The notes under the pieces were generated by a model. That model was not told the origin of the DNA. It made no database searches and saw only the letters and a program-made list of their open reading frames with translations. A stretch of 64,000 bases of DNA. It comes from Macrostomum lignano (taxonomy: Eukaryota). Below are positions 36,024 through 50,481 of the stretch, in pieces (the stretch's first letter is position 1; each line of letters starts with the position of its first letter). The DNA lies in contig NIVC01000858.1 in NCBI GenBank assembly GCA_002269645.1, positions 62,001-126,000 on the forward strand. Direction: 5' to 3'. The translations under genes were made by a program, and so were the position numbers.

Positions 36024-37599
36024 AGCCACTGCTCACGTCACGTCGCCATTACATCACTCGTCTGTCGCTTGAACACTCATCCAATTTATCTTGAAAGAAA
36101 CCATTGTTGCAGCCGCCAGTGCCCAGGAAACCATAGTTTGTTATTTGCCAGTAACAACCAACTTACTATTTATATTGATAATAAAAACGACTACGGCAGT
36201 TTCCTGCCCTTATTGCCAAGTGCTCCGCTACACCATCCACTGCGCCTGAGTTGACTCCAACTTATTTTGGGACTAAAACGGCCCTTTTAAGGGTCACGGC
36301 CAGCAGCAAATAACGTGACATATATCTTTTGATAAAATATGATAGAGCTTGAATGTATGAGTAAAAGGACACTTTGCTTTTAAAATTTGGTCCAGAATTA
36401 AAAAAGTTAGAAAAGTTTTTGTGTACAATGTTTTGTTAGTTTTGCAATACAATTTTGCCATAAGGGCTTGTGTCTGCAGTAAAAAATCTGTATTACTAGA
36501 CTTAAAAAGCAAGACCACCTTTTTAAATATGAATTTTGAAAGACTTATCTTACAATTGATTTAATTTCTATTAAAACTACTTATAAAGTATAAAATTTCA
36601 AAAAATGGACTTAAAAGCCAAGAGAATGTAAAATTAAACAAAGATAAAATAGATAAACTCATTTGGCTTTGATATATTTAAAGAATTTTGTTTGATTCTT
36701 TTACTAAAAATAAATGACTTAACTGTAAAGAATTCTGAAAAATATGAAAGTGATGAATGATACAACACCATACATAGCATATCCTTTAAAATCCCTATTG
36801 GTTGAAATGAAATTGTACAATTAAAATTGAATTGAATTGAGCTATTGAGGAGAAGGTCAGAAGGAGAAGATAGCTTGTTAATACTCGCACTTGTACATCC
36901 AGATATTATATTTATATATAGACTTTACCTATAAGCTACACATTTTATTTTGGACACAGAAAAAAATATTTAAGTCTGTTGCAGAGACTCAATCCTTTAT
37001 ATTTTTAATATTATACATCCTTTATATTATCCTTTATATTATAATAGGTTATAAAAAAATTTTTGTTATCGTCGCATAAAATCGAATAGATCTACAATGA
37101 TACTTATTGATTTTAACATAGGATCTCTAAATCTTAGCATAAGTTTGCTGTAATAATCAAATAAAATCATATGCTAAAACCATTTCAGTTTAGTAAGCTT
37201 TTTTAACAGTATTTTTTGTTTTTTGACAGCTTTCTAAAAACCTGGAAAGGTTTTAAAAAAGATACGGATACAGATCGACTAAACCGCCGCCATAAATTAT
37301 TAAAATTACCCCAAGTTTCCTTCAAGTAAATATGGCATGTCGATGCATTTCCCTAAATTGCACATCCAGTATTAGCTTTTGTGCAGAAACTGTCAAGTTT
37401 CTACTTCTTTAAAAAAGTAGCGTATTTAGGCGCATAGGGCGCGCCCCTGAGAGTTGAGCCTCTAGATAGGCCCTATTTTGTTTTTATAGGCGTTTTATGT
37501 TTTCTAAAAATAAACACTCAAAAGCAAAGATACTTTATTAATCTGCGCTCCCCATTTAACATTTTCTGGATCTGTGCATGGTTTGAAACATGCAAATTA

Positions 37600-38700
37600 T
37601 CAGACTGGCACTTTGTACAATTGTAGCAAATACAAGTTCACAATCATTTACATGATTATTACAAGGTTTCTATTAGAAGGCTACTATCACTTCAGCAACA
37701 ATGTTAGGCCATTTTTATAAATATCTAAATATATCAATTTAACAAAATAAAGATGCAGCTACTGCTTAATAACTTTCTATGCTGCAAATAATTAAAATTT
37801 CCAATATAATTTTTATATTTTATTATACTAGGGCCTATTATTGACTTTCAAACTATTATATTAGACCTAACTAGTAGACCAAATGCAAAGCAATTGGACC
37901 TGGTACACAAATTTAATTAATTCAACTATTGCATTTGAATTGAATATAATCTATAAAGCATTTAAGCAAGAGTTTGTTCTAAATACCACTCAAGCTAAAT
38001 TTGAGGCTTAACTTCTCTGTGTACTTTGTAATATATATGTGCTATTGAATTGATCTGCAAAAATTACTGAGTTACAATTATTAAAGAGCAAATTTACACT
38101 TATTTTTGGATCCTTGTCACTTAACAAAAATACTTTATAACAATGATAAGCTTGATCACATATAAATATAATCATACATACATATATGTAATGATGCAAA
38201 TTTGGCAAAATAGAATATTTAAACAAAACATTAATACTATAGATCTCCACCTTGTATACTACAAACCTGTCCAACAGAGGCAAGGACTTTTGTGTGACTT
38301 TTGTAGTCTATGATAGCATTAAAAATGTGGTAGTAATATTAGTAGGATATAGTATTGTTAGTTTTAAGTCAAAGCTTTGAATATACTTCCTCTATATATA
38401 GGCTATGTAGCTACTAAGTTAAAGCTGCTGGGCAAGCAGCTGAAGTTTTGCATCCATATGCAAATAAGTAAGCAAAGCATCTAGATATAGACAATCAAGC
38501 AGAATATCCACATGTAGACAAATAGATAGAATATCCATATATAGATAAGCTGCTAGCGCATTTTCATATAGACAATGATCCTAATGAGATTATGATCCCG
38601 ATAGCAAGCCATCAAGGCTATTATTTTAGATAGGCCTACAATTGTCCATGGCTACATATTTCACTTTACATAATCAATTTGGTAAAAAATTCAGTCACAA
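37600..38700 (-). mobile_element. Possible highly decayed Penelope-like retroelement
   Basis: Minus-strand remnants LKLTILYPTNITTTF..KSLPLLD..VYK..DQAYHC (resembling xxLHPxIxFT..LPFLD..VYRK..RAxxIC) and a downstream KPCN..DCELVF (GIY-YIG-like). Weak. Confidence 0.3.
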
Positions 38701-40538
38701 GGCTTTCAAGAATTGTACAATAACAATGAAAGAACCTAGCATTTGTTGTAAGCTTATGGCATTGCCACTCTTACCCAGCAAAGAAATTTGCAATACCTAG
38801 CTATTAGAAATCCTCTATCACTGAATATTATTAGCCATTGTTGCACAAAATATGTTTATTTTAATGTATGTACTAAATAATGGATCTGTTTTTTTGTCAA
38901 ATACATTATATTTTTAATCATACCATGTATATATATACATAAGTACATATTGATCAAAACAATAAATAATCCAAATTATTTACATATACAATACAATATA
39001 CAATATACATATATAATTTCATCTCCACTTATATCCAATTAATCATTAGGCCATCTAGAGATCAAGTTCAATGTGGACTATCAATGAGATCAGTGCCTAT
39101 AGGTGTGCCATATATAAATAACAACTATGAAGGCTGTCATTAGCAACTTAATCAGCAAGTGCAGTGTACTAGATTATAGTTCTACCTCTTAGTACATTTA
39201 TTGTTTTAAGAAAGCTGCCTCATGACTATCAATATAAGACTCTAAACACATGTAGATATTCCGCAATGCTAGCAAAAAGACCAGCCTTGAAGACAAGGCA
39301 AATTCTAGAAGTTGTGGAAGCAGTACATCAAGGAAACATTTCTATGCTATATTTTTGGGCCATTTTTGTAGCCTTTGTAATATATCTAAAAGTTTTTTAA
39401 CATATTCTAATAGGCACTAAGGGATAAGACATGCCAATTTATATGATACATTCCATATATTAAAATGGTTTGTTGGTATGTATCTTAGTAATTTTAAATT
39501 ATTACTTGTTTCTATCTTGTATCTACAATGTATATATGATCTATTATCCAAAGTATTTATATTAAAAAAGAACCAATAGAAATGAAGTCAGCTGCAACTT
39601 ATAATGAATATATAAATGCAACTAAAGAGAAGTTTGTATTTTGAAAATTATTGGATAGCAATATGAATATTTAGTTTTTTCAGCAAAAGGCAAACAATAA
39701 AGTAGTGTATATGATTAGGGATAAGGTGAGCATACAATCAGATACAAATATATGATTATTTATGCAATTCATTAAAAGAATTAAAGCAAAAGCAGACATT
39801 TCAAAATCAGTTGCTTAATAATAGTATATAATGATGAAGAATGAAAAGAAAAAAAAGAAAAAAATCAAAAAAAATGATAAAGTTTTATTTATTCATTTAG
39901 TATATAGGAAAATATGTATAAATATGCCTGTAACTAAACAAAATATAATTAAAATTAAAATAGTAGTCAATAAGAAACAATCATTTTAATGTATATAGAA
40001 GTATTTATAAAATAAATATTAATTTAATTTTATTAAATGTCAAAAATTGTTCTTATTTTATAATGTAATTAAGTTAATAATCTAAAAATTCTCAAGCATA
40101 ATTGTGATAAAATATTGCATTAAACAAGCTTGGGTAATGTTTCAGGCTTAGTCTATGTAGGCATTGTAGGGTAATAAAAATTGCACTTTTTTAGTCAAGT
40201 ATTTACCAAAAAAAGATCTATTTATTATTTTTTTTGTATTTAGCTCATTATTTGTTATTGTTGTTGATTTGAGTTTGGTGCATGCAGACATGGTTAAGGA
40301 TCAGCCAGTTAGAATAGATTAGGTGGCAATAGAATAGAATTCCACCCCCAGTAGCTGAGTCAGTTGAGCTTGAGGAATAATCCATTGGCCCATTTGTTAT
40401 CAGCCAATCCTCACCATGAGATCCCTGGGGAGGCCGCATGTCAGGCTTGGGAGAGGCCGAGGACAGGGATTTCTGTCTAGGTACTGGGGCTGATTGATGC
40501 AGTGGAAGCTGAGCCCGGCTGGGATGGGCTAAGCAGCT

Positions 40539-40988
40539 ATGATGAAGCCGGAGTGCCTGCAGCGCCAGCAGCTTCAGCAGCTCCGCCGACGCCGCCTTTC
40601 AGCGGGCTCGGCCGCATCTGGCATGACGGCAACCAGGCTGACCCGAGTTGAAGAGGAGGACGGCGACAGGGAGAACCCGTTCCGGCCGGGCGGCCAGCTC
40701 GCCCAGGAGGCGGCCGGATTCGTGGCGCAGAGCGACCCGGCTTCTCCAGCAGCAGCGGCGGGGGACGCGGCGCCAGCCAGCAACGGCAAGGAGAGCCAGG
40801 TGGCCTCGCCGCGGGCGCTGGAGGACACGGTGCGCCTGGTGACCACGCCGGCGCCCGGAGGCGGCGACGGCTTGGCGGCCACCGAAGGCGAGGTTGCGAT
40901 GGCGCTGAATCGGCCGGAGCAGGCCGAGAAAGTCGAGCTGGGCGGCAGTGGCGGCCGCAAAGGCCGCGGCTGCTGTCTGCTGATGTAG
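40539..40988 (+). CDS. Small disordered protein with an NPF motif and C-terminal CaaX box (RKGRGCCLLM)
   Basis: 149-aa GC-rich ORF with coding-like codon usage, an ENPFRPGGQL motif and a terminal CCLLM-stop. An AG just before the ATG suggests it may be a terminal exon. Confidence 0.7.
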   Translation: MMKPECLQRQQLQQLRRRRLSAGSAASGMTATRLTRVEEEDGDRENPFRPGGQLAQEAAGFVAQSDPASPAAAAGDAAPASNGKESQVASPRALEDTVRLVTTPAPGGGDGLAATEGEVAMALNRPEQAEKVELGGSGGRKGRGCCLLM

Positions 40989-41978
40989 CAGCTGATCGCA
41001 GAACTTCTTCCACTTGCTCACCAGCGGGCTCGCGACATCAGCGGGTCGGCCCAGCCTCCGATCTACTTTCGCATCGGACTGAGTGGCCGGCCGTCTAGGC
41101 CTCCCCTCCGGTCTCCATGGCAACAGCGGCTACGGCGCGGGTCATTGTAATTAACTAACGGATTAATTTGCATTAAGCTTCATAGAACTGCCTATTTATT
41201 GTCTATCAGTTCTCCCGTACTGAATGCGCGGGCTGTCATTAGCCTGGATTCTGCTGCCGCTGCCGAGTTTCTTTGCACATATCTGCGGCTTCGATCCCCC
41301 CTCCCCAACAGCTGCCGTCTCTGTGAGCCATAGGCTTGTGTCCCAGCCTCCCTGACCATCTATTATCTTCACTTCATCATCATCATCTGTCCGGCGGTAC
41401 TCCCGTGCACTTCTCCTCTCCCCCAGAGATCCTTCATCAGTTTGGCTTCCAGCCTCCTTCTCTCCCATTCCCAGCCACCACTTTCTTATCTAGTATTTTT
41501 ATAATTAGCAATATTGCCGATTATTAATTTTGCTTTGCCCCGCCTGTCTGTGCAATATTGGCTGCAAATCTGCAGTGTTTTTAATCGAACAGCCCTAGTC
41601 AGAGCCAGCCGCTGTTTTTGTACGCCGCTTTGCTCTATTCGGATATTTATAAATACAGAAATCATGAGAGCTTCTTATGCCCGCCATTCTGGCCTTCTGG
41701 CTGCCTTGCTAGATTTCTGCCCGACCTTGAAACCTTCTACTGGCTTCGTTGACTCCCACTGTCTGTTACTGGGTGTGCGGCAGGGCGTGGGACAGTCAGG
41801 GGCAGAGTTCGCACTGCTTCCGTGCCAATGCTGCCAGCCCAGTTCATCTTGTCTCTGATCTGCTGCGTGCAGTCATTCCTGTGCCCTTGAAATGCACTGG
41901 CGCACAATGCTTGGTGCCAAGTAAGCTCGTCCTTCTGCGGCGTTTCCTACCTGCTTGCTGTTTTTCAGCTGGCAGCCT

Positions 41979-42165
41979 CAGATGAGTCTCCTATGAGATT
42001 GATTGACCCCCAGATGAGTCTCCTATGAGATTGATTGACCCCCACATAAGTCTCCTATGAGATTGATTGACCCCCACATGAGTCTCCTATGAGATTGATT
42101 GACCCCCACATGAGTCTCCTATGAGATTGATTGACCCCCAGATGAGTCTCCTTTGAGATTGATTG
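41979..42165. repeat. Minisatellite, 32-bp unit
   Basis: (CAGATGAGTCTCCTATGAGATTGATTGACCCC)n, about 6 copies. Degenerate copies recur at about 45955-46085. Confidence 0.9.
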
Positions 42166-42177
42166 GCCTCATATGAG

Positions 42178-42948
42178 CCTCCCAGCGAGGCTTGGCTGCC
42201 TTACCCCCTGCGAGACTCGGCTGCCTTACCCCCTGCGAGACTCGGCTGCCTTATCCCCTGCGAGCCTCGGCTGCCTTATCCCCTGCGAGACTCGGCTGCC
42301 TTATCCCTGCGAGACTCGGCTGCCTTATCCCCTGCGAGACTCGGCTGCCTTATCCCCTGCGAGACTCGGCTGCCTTATCCCTGCGAGACTCGGCTGCCTT
42401 ATCCCCTGCGAGACTCGGCTGCCTTACCCCCTGCGAGACTCAGCTGCCTTACCCCTGCGAGACTCGGCTGCCTTATCCCCTGCGAGACTCGGCTGCCTTA
42501 TCCCCTGCGAGACTCGGCTGCCTTATCCCCTGCGAGACTCGGCTGCCTTATCCCCTGCGAGACTCGGCTGCCTTATCCCTTGCGAGACTCAGCTGCCTTA
42601 CCCCTGCGAGACTCGGCTGCCTTATCCCCTGCGAGACTCGGCTGCCTTATCCCCTGCGAGACTCGGCTGCCTTATCCCCTGCGAGACTCGGCTGCCTTAT
42701 CCCCTGCGAGACTCGGCTGCCTTATCCCCTGCGAGACTCGGCTGCCTTATCCCCTGCGAGACTCGGCTGCCTTATCCCCTGCGAGACTCGGCTGCCTTAT
42801 CCCCTGCGAGCCTCGGCTGCCTTATCCCCTGCGAGACTCGGCTGCCTTATCTCCTGCGAGACTCGGCTGCCTTATCCCCTGCGAGACTCGGCTGCCTTAT
42901 CCCCTGCGAGACTCGGCTGCCTTATCCCCTGCGAGACTCGGCTGCCTT
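42178..42948. repeat. 25-bp satellite, left arm
   Basis: (CCCCTGCGAGACTCGGCTGCCTTAT)n, about 30 copies. Confidence 0.95.
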
Positions 42949-45345
<2,397 letters not shown>

Positions 45346-46179
45346 TCCACCTGAGCGATTGCGCAACTCGCAGCTCGAGTACAGTTGGTGTATTTTGGGA
45401 AATCCAATCGCAGCGAATGCCAACAACGGGACTGCAAAAGGAGGCGGGCACCAGCTGCCTGCTAGAGCTGCTAAGAGCAATCCGAGGGTCTCCGGTCAGT
45501 CTGTGTTTGCGCCGCGCTGATCAGCTGTCGGACACGTGCTGGCGGCATTCTGGGTTCCCAGCGGACTTGCAAAATGTTTGGCTGGGCACCCAGCTGCCAG
45601 GAAATTGCTGCGGCTCGCCGAACGGTTAGGGAGGGAGGAGGGGTTTTCTGGCTCAAGTGGCTGCAAGAGGTATTCAGTTATCCGCTGGGCATTCAGCTTG
45701 GCTGAGGCTGATGCTTATTAGGGGCAGGTCATGAACTGAATTTGGCCAACGGTCCTTCGCTTCTATCAGCTTCAGCGATCGAGCTTGCATTTCCAGGTCT
45801 CGTGACTGACTTTAATAACTGGGTAGTCTTTAGGACCGTTCAAAGTTAAGATTGCTTGATTACTTAGATGTGTAGATGTGTAGCCCTACTTGTCTTCTCG
45901 CTGGCTGCGACTCGGCTGTTGCCTGTTCCTGATCATTCGACTGCCCCCCCTCATAGGAGAGATGAGTCCTATTTTGCCCCCAAGATAAGTCTTCTATACC
46001 CCCCCCCCCCAGATGAGTCTTCTACAAGATTGATTGCCCCCAGATGAGTCTCGTGAGATTGATTGCCCCCAGATGAGTCTTCCTGTTGTCTTCCTGATTT
46101 GGACAAATCATGTACAATCAAAGCCGAAGTACTCTCGGAGGAAACACAGACTTGCTCCATTTGGAATGAATGTACCTTA

Positions 46180-46500
46180 GTGCGTCCAAAAAGTTCTTAG
46201 ACACCCCTCCTATCTCTGCATCTGTTCAATCGATTTTTATAAAAGTTTACACAAACCTGGGCTTATATCTAATGAGTTCAGTGCTAAAGTTTCAGCTTAA
46301 TCGGGTTGACAGAGCAAAAGCAATCAATCATTTACTGAGGAACCTACGAAATTAGCAATACGATTTTTGAAAAGCATCAAATCTGGACTCCTGTGGTGAC
46401 ATTGCAGCTCATTTTTAAAAAAATTAATCAAAATATTACTGCTTTTGCTGAGTATTGATAAATACCTTAATTGATTCAATACTAATGCAAGCTGTGAGGA
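46180..46500 (+). mobile_element. Possible Tc1-like fossil
   Basis: TIR-like GTGCGTCCAAAAAGTTCTTAGACACCCCT followed by LNRVDRAKAINHLLRNLRN, which resembles a Tc1 N-terminal HTH. Weak. Confidence 0.25.
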
Positions 46501-47570
46501 TTTAGCCATAGATTAAAGAGCAAAAAAAGAACAAAGCAGACAGCAGCATAGCCAGAGTGCGCAGAGATTCAGATGCTGATGCGGAACCAGCCTCAGATGG
46601 TTTAACAGCAAAAGAATCGCCAATACGAAGTCTGCTTGCAACAAAGGGCGGCAGTTCAAGACTGGAATCCAGGGCAGGACCTCCGATTCGCCCAATGACT
46701 CAGCGCGGCCAGTCATGACCCGGACAGTCCGAACTTTATTCGGGGCTCACTTCCCGAATCAATTTGGTTATTGAGGCGGGCGGAGCTGCACTGCGGAGGT
46801 AGGTACTCCTGCTAGCTGAATCAGTCCGCCAGGACCGGCGGCTCCCGATTTCACTCGTGCGACTCAACTGCCTCCACCGAGCAAGATTAGTCTCCCACTG
46901 CTGCCTTATCTAAATTGCTTTCGCGTCCGTCCACCCCCCAGTTTTATCCTCAGAGAGAAAAAGCTTCGCTTTGCGCCCCAACAGAGCAGCCAGGGCCTTG
47001 CAGTTTTTCTTTCAAAGCGGGTCCAGCAGCTAATTGGGTTAGGCGGTGCCCGTCCTCTTTTATCGCATCTCGCAGACTTTTATCCCCACCACCGCCGCTC
47101 ATCAACCAAGCCCGCTCGCATATAAATAGTCTCCGGTCCGCTGTGCACTGTAATACTTTACTGCAGGGACTGCGTTGACTCGCTGGAATTACTTTGAAGT
47201 AAATTCGTTCGAGTTTTGCAGGCAGGTTGCGGAGGCCGCGACCGGAGACTCAAATTTCCTGTCTGTTTTTTTCCAATCCCTTCGGAGTGAATTGCATGCA
47301 GTGCTTACTAGCGATATGCAGCATGGCATGATGCAATGCATCACAGGATATCTCAGCAATCTAAGCACTAAAGAAATGAAAAATTTAAATATCAGACTAA
47401 AAATGCTTCGCGCACTACTTCAAAAACAGTAGTCACGTCAGAAATGAAATCATAGCTGCTAACGGCCAATCAAAGCTGCTGGGCTGCCGCGTGCCACTAG
47501 GCGTAAAGTAGGACAAAAAGCGGAGCAGAAACGCTCAGACTCAAGTCAGAAACACTCGGAGCAGAAGGCA

Positions 47571-48970
47571 ATGGCTGAGTTGAAGACTCCGCGCCCGCTG
47601 CCGCTGCTTCTGGCAGCAGCTGCTGTTTTCGCATTCGCCACCGGCCTGGCAATCGGCAGCCAGAGCTTCCTGCGCCCGGACTCCTGCGCTCCGTCCGCCT
47701 TGGCCAGCGCGGCCGTGAACTTCAGCGGCGCGGTCGGCAGCCTGCTGGCGTGCGCCCTCCGCTGCACCCGCACTGACTGGTGCGCCGCCATGCTGGTGGG
47801 AAGGAGCCGCGACTGCGAGCTCATCGATTCAATGCTGTTCTACGAGAGCTGGATCGGGCAGGGCGCCGACTGCCCGGACGGCCTGTACGAGAAGGATCAA
47901 GGTGAGGCTTATTGGGCAAGTTCCATAAGGCCGTTGGCCGGTGGGACATGGTTTGTCCGCCAAAATTCGCCCACGAGAATACGTTTGCCCAACGCACACT
48001 TCCCCGCCACAATGCATAGCTACATGTAGATAGCCTTCAGCGTTATGATCGATCAGCTAGTTACTGAAAATACGTCTACATGTACATGTACTTGGAGTGG
48101 TTTGGTAGGTTTTGTAGGATAATCTATTGGATGTAGATTAAACCAATAGTCTCAACGTCTTTATCCTATTCAACAAGTCTTGATTAAATATATTTTGGAC
48201 TCAAGGTTTCGAACGGGTCATTCAAAAGGCTAAAGGTCATTTAATGTCACCGCGAATCCCAGCTTGTTAGTGTGCCCGGAATAGGGGTGTTCGGGATGGC
48301 CACTGTTTCGGGAACCCCGAACCCGAATGGCGGAACCCCAAAGTACACGTACTTAACTGATCAGTTAGAGGATAAGATCCAAGTGGAATAAAAATATGTG
48401 CGTACACATCTGTTGCGTTATAAAGTGCCACTTTGTGTTTCTCGTAGAAAACTTAGCCTCTAGTTTAGCTTAGTGGGCCGGTTAAGTAACGTTTCTCTAC
48501 TATGGCCTACATGTAGCCATGAAAGAAAAGGGTAACTGATGATAATTGAGTTTCCCAAACCTGCAGGCAACGAGTGGCTGACATTCTCCAGCTGCGAGCA
48601 GAAAGACGTGACTCACAATGCGTCGTGCGGCCGGGCAATGGACAGAAACACCAACAGGGTCTTTTACGATGGCTCCTGCACTCACACCAATACCAGCGCT
48701 CACAACTGGTGGCGGGCCAGCCTGCCTCAGCGGGCCTACATCGATCACGTGGTTTTGTACAACCGTCTGCAGTCTTCTGCGGCATACAGGCTCAACAACT
48801 TCACCATCAGCCTGGACGGCGCCGTGTTCGCGTCCTAATTCGAGCCCAGCAGCTTCTCAGTGAAGTACTTCGACTGCAACCGGGTGGGACAGACCGTACA
48901 AGTGGACCAGCACTTCTCCGATATTCTAACCCTATGCGAAGTGATCGCCTATGGCAGGTGGTTTGCTTGA
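47571..48970 (+). pseudogene. Secreted PAN/apple + F-type lectin (fucolectin/FTP) protein with an in-frame TAA
   Basis: Exon 47571-47901 has a signal peptide and a PAN-like SLLACALRCTRTDWCAAM..C. A phase-1 GT-AG intron leads to exon 48567-48970: CTHT..NWWRASL..IDHVVLYNR..RLNNFTI..LTLCEVIAYG. TAA at 48836-48838 falls inside the domain. Confidence 0.75.
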
Positions 48971-49242
48971 AAACGCGTTATTAACGACCGGATTCCTCAG
49001 ACATTTCTCCTGACATACCAGCTCTCAACTGTTTTGAGAATTTCTTTGCCATCCATCAGCTGAATTTTTTCTCAAATGCTTTAACTAAGAGCCAATTATT
49101 TTTGCATAGCGGCTGCTGCTGCTGGAGTCTGTGAATCAATAAACGCCAAATTTGGCTGCAACACAAGCATTGCAGCTGAATCTCATGAATTGAATCCATA
49201 ATTACGTGCATTAATTAACCACAGGAGCTTGTGAAAAGCATC

Positions 49243-50003
49243 ATCCCGGAGGAGTGAGTGGCTGCTGCACGCAGAGCTTGTGGAAAGCATCTTCCCGGAG
49301 GAGTGAGTGGCTGCTGCACGCAGAGCTTGGCAAAAGCATCTTCCCGGAGGAGTGAGTGGCTGCTGCACGCAGAGTTTGTGGAAAGCATCTTCCCGGAGGA
49401 GTGAGTGGCTGCTGCACGCAGAGCTTAGGAAAAGCATCTTCCCGGAGGAGTGAGTGGCTGCTGCACGCAGAGCTTGGCAAAAGCATCTTCCCGGAGGAGT
49501 GAGTGGCTGCTGCACGCAGAGCTTGTGGAAAGCATCTTCCCGGAGTGAGTGGCTGCTGCACGCAGAGCTTGGCAAAAGCATCTTCCCGGAGGAGTGAGTG
49601 GCTGCTGCACGCAGAGCTTGGCAAAAGCATCTTCCCGGAGGAGTGAGTGGCTGCTGCACGCAGAGCTTGGGAAAAGCATCTTCCCGGAGGAGTGAGTGGC
49701 TGCTGCACGCAGAGCTTGGCAAAAGCATCTTCCCGGAGGAGTGAGTGGCTGCTGCACGCAGAGCTTGTGGAAAGCATCTTCCCGGAGTGAGTGGCTGCTG
49801 CACGCAGAGCTTGGCAAAAGCATCTTCCCGGAGGAGTGAGTGGCTGCTGCACGCAGAGCTTGGCAAAAGCATCTTCCCGGAGGAGTGAGTGGCTGCTGCA
49901 CGCAGAGCTTGGGAAAAGCATCTTCCCGGAGGAGTGAGTGGCTGCTGCACGCAGAGCTTGTGGAAAGCATCATCCCGGAGTGAGTGGCTGCTGCACGCAG
50001 AGC
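49243..50003. repeat. Intergenic minisatellite, 49/46-bp unit
   Basis: (GCAGAGCTTGGCAAAAGCATCTTCCCGGAGGAGTGAGTGGCTGCTGCAC)n, about 15 copies. Confidence 0.95.
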
Positions 50004-50481
50004 ATGTAGCAAAAGAAAACAAGTCAAACAAAGTCGCCAAATGAATTAATAACAAAAATGTCAGCCGCGGCAAGAGTTGGCGCGCGGAGTTGCGCGTCGC
50101 CTGAATAATAATTGATTATTGTATTAGTTGAAGCTAGCGAAACAGGCTGCTGTTAGTAGTGATATTTGAGTTGGCAAAACAAGTGAGAACAGGCTTGAAA
50201 AACTGAGTTGAAGTTTGAGAGCTGCAAAATCAGGAGGCAGTAAAAACAGGAGCAGAAGCACCGGTGTAGAAATTTGCAAAAGCTGGGAAATAAAGCCTAA
50301 GGATGATGAGTTATTGATAAACCTGCTGAGCCACCTGACTTGAAGAATGTGGAAAAAAGCAAAACTGAGCGACATGCTTGAAAATCTCGCACAGAAAATG
50401 CAACTGACGGTTTTGTAAAGCAGCCAAGCAAAATATTAAGCTGAGGGAAACATTGAACAGATCAGAGCCAAGTCTGTGTGC

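Noticed and set aside
41979-42165. 32-bp unit CAGATGAG-TCTC-CTAT-GAGA resembles a hammerhead core and stem II
   Set aside because: CAGATGA instead of CTGATGA, and no GAAA after the stem, so the catalytic core is absent.
49183-50073. 296-aa ORF with a hydrophobic start
   Set aside because: TTG start, and the body is a frame-cycling translation of the 49-bp minisatellite.
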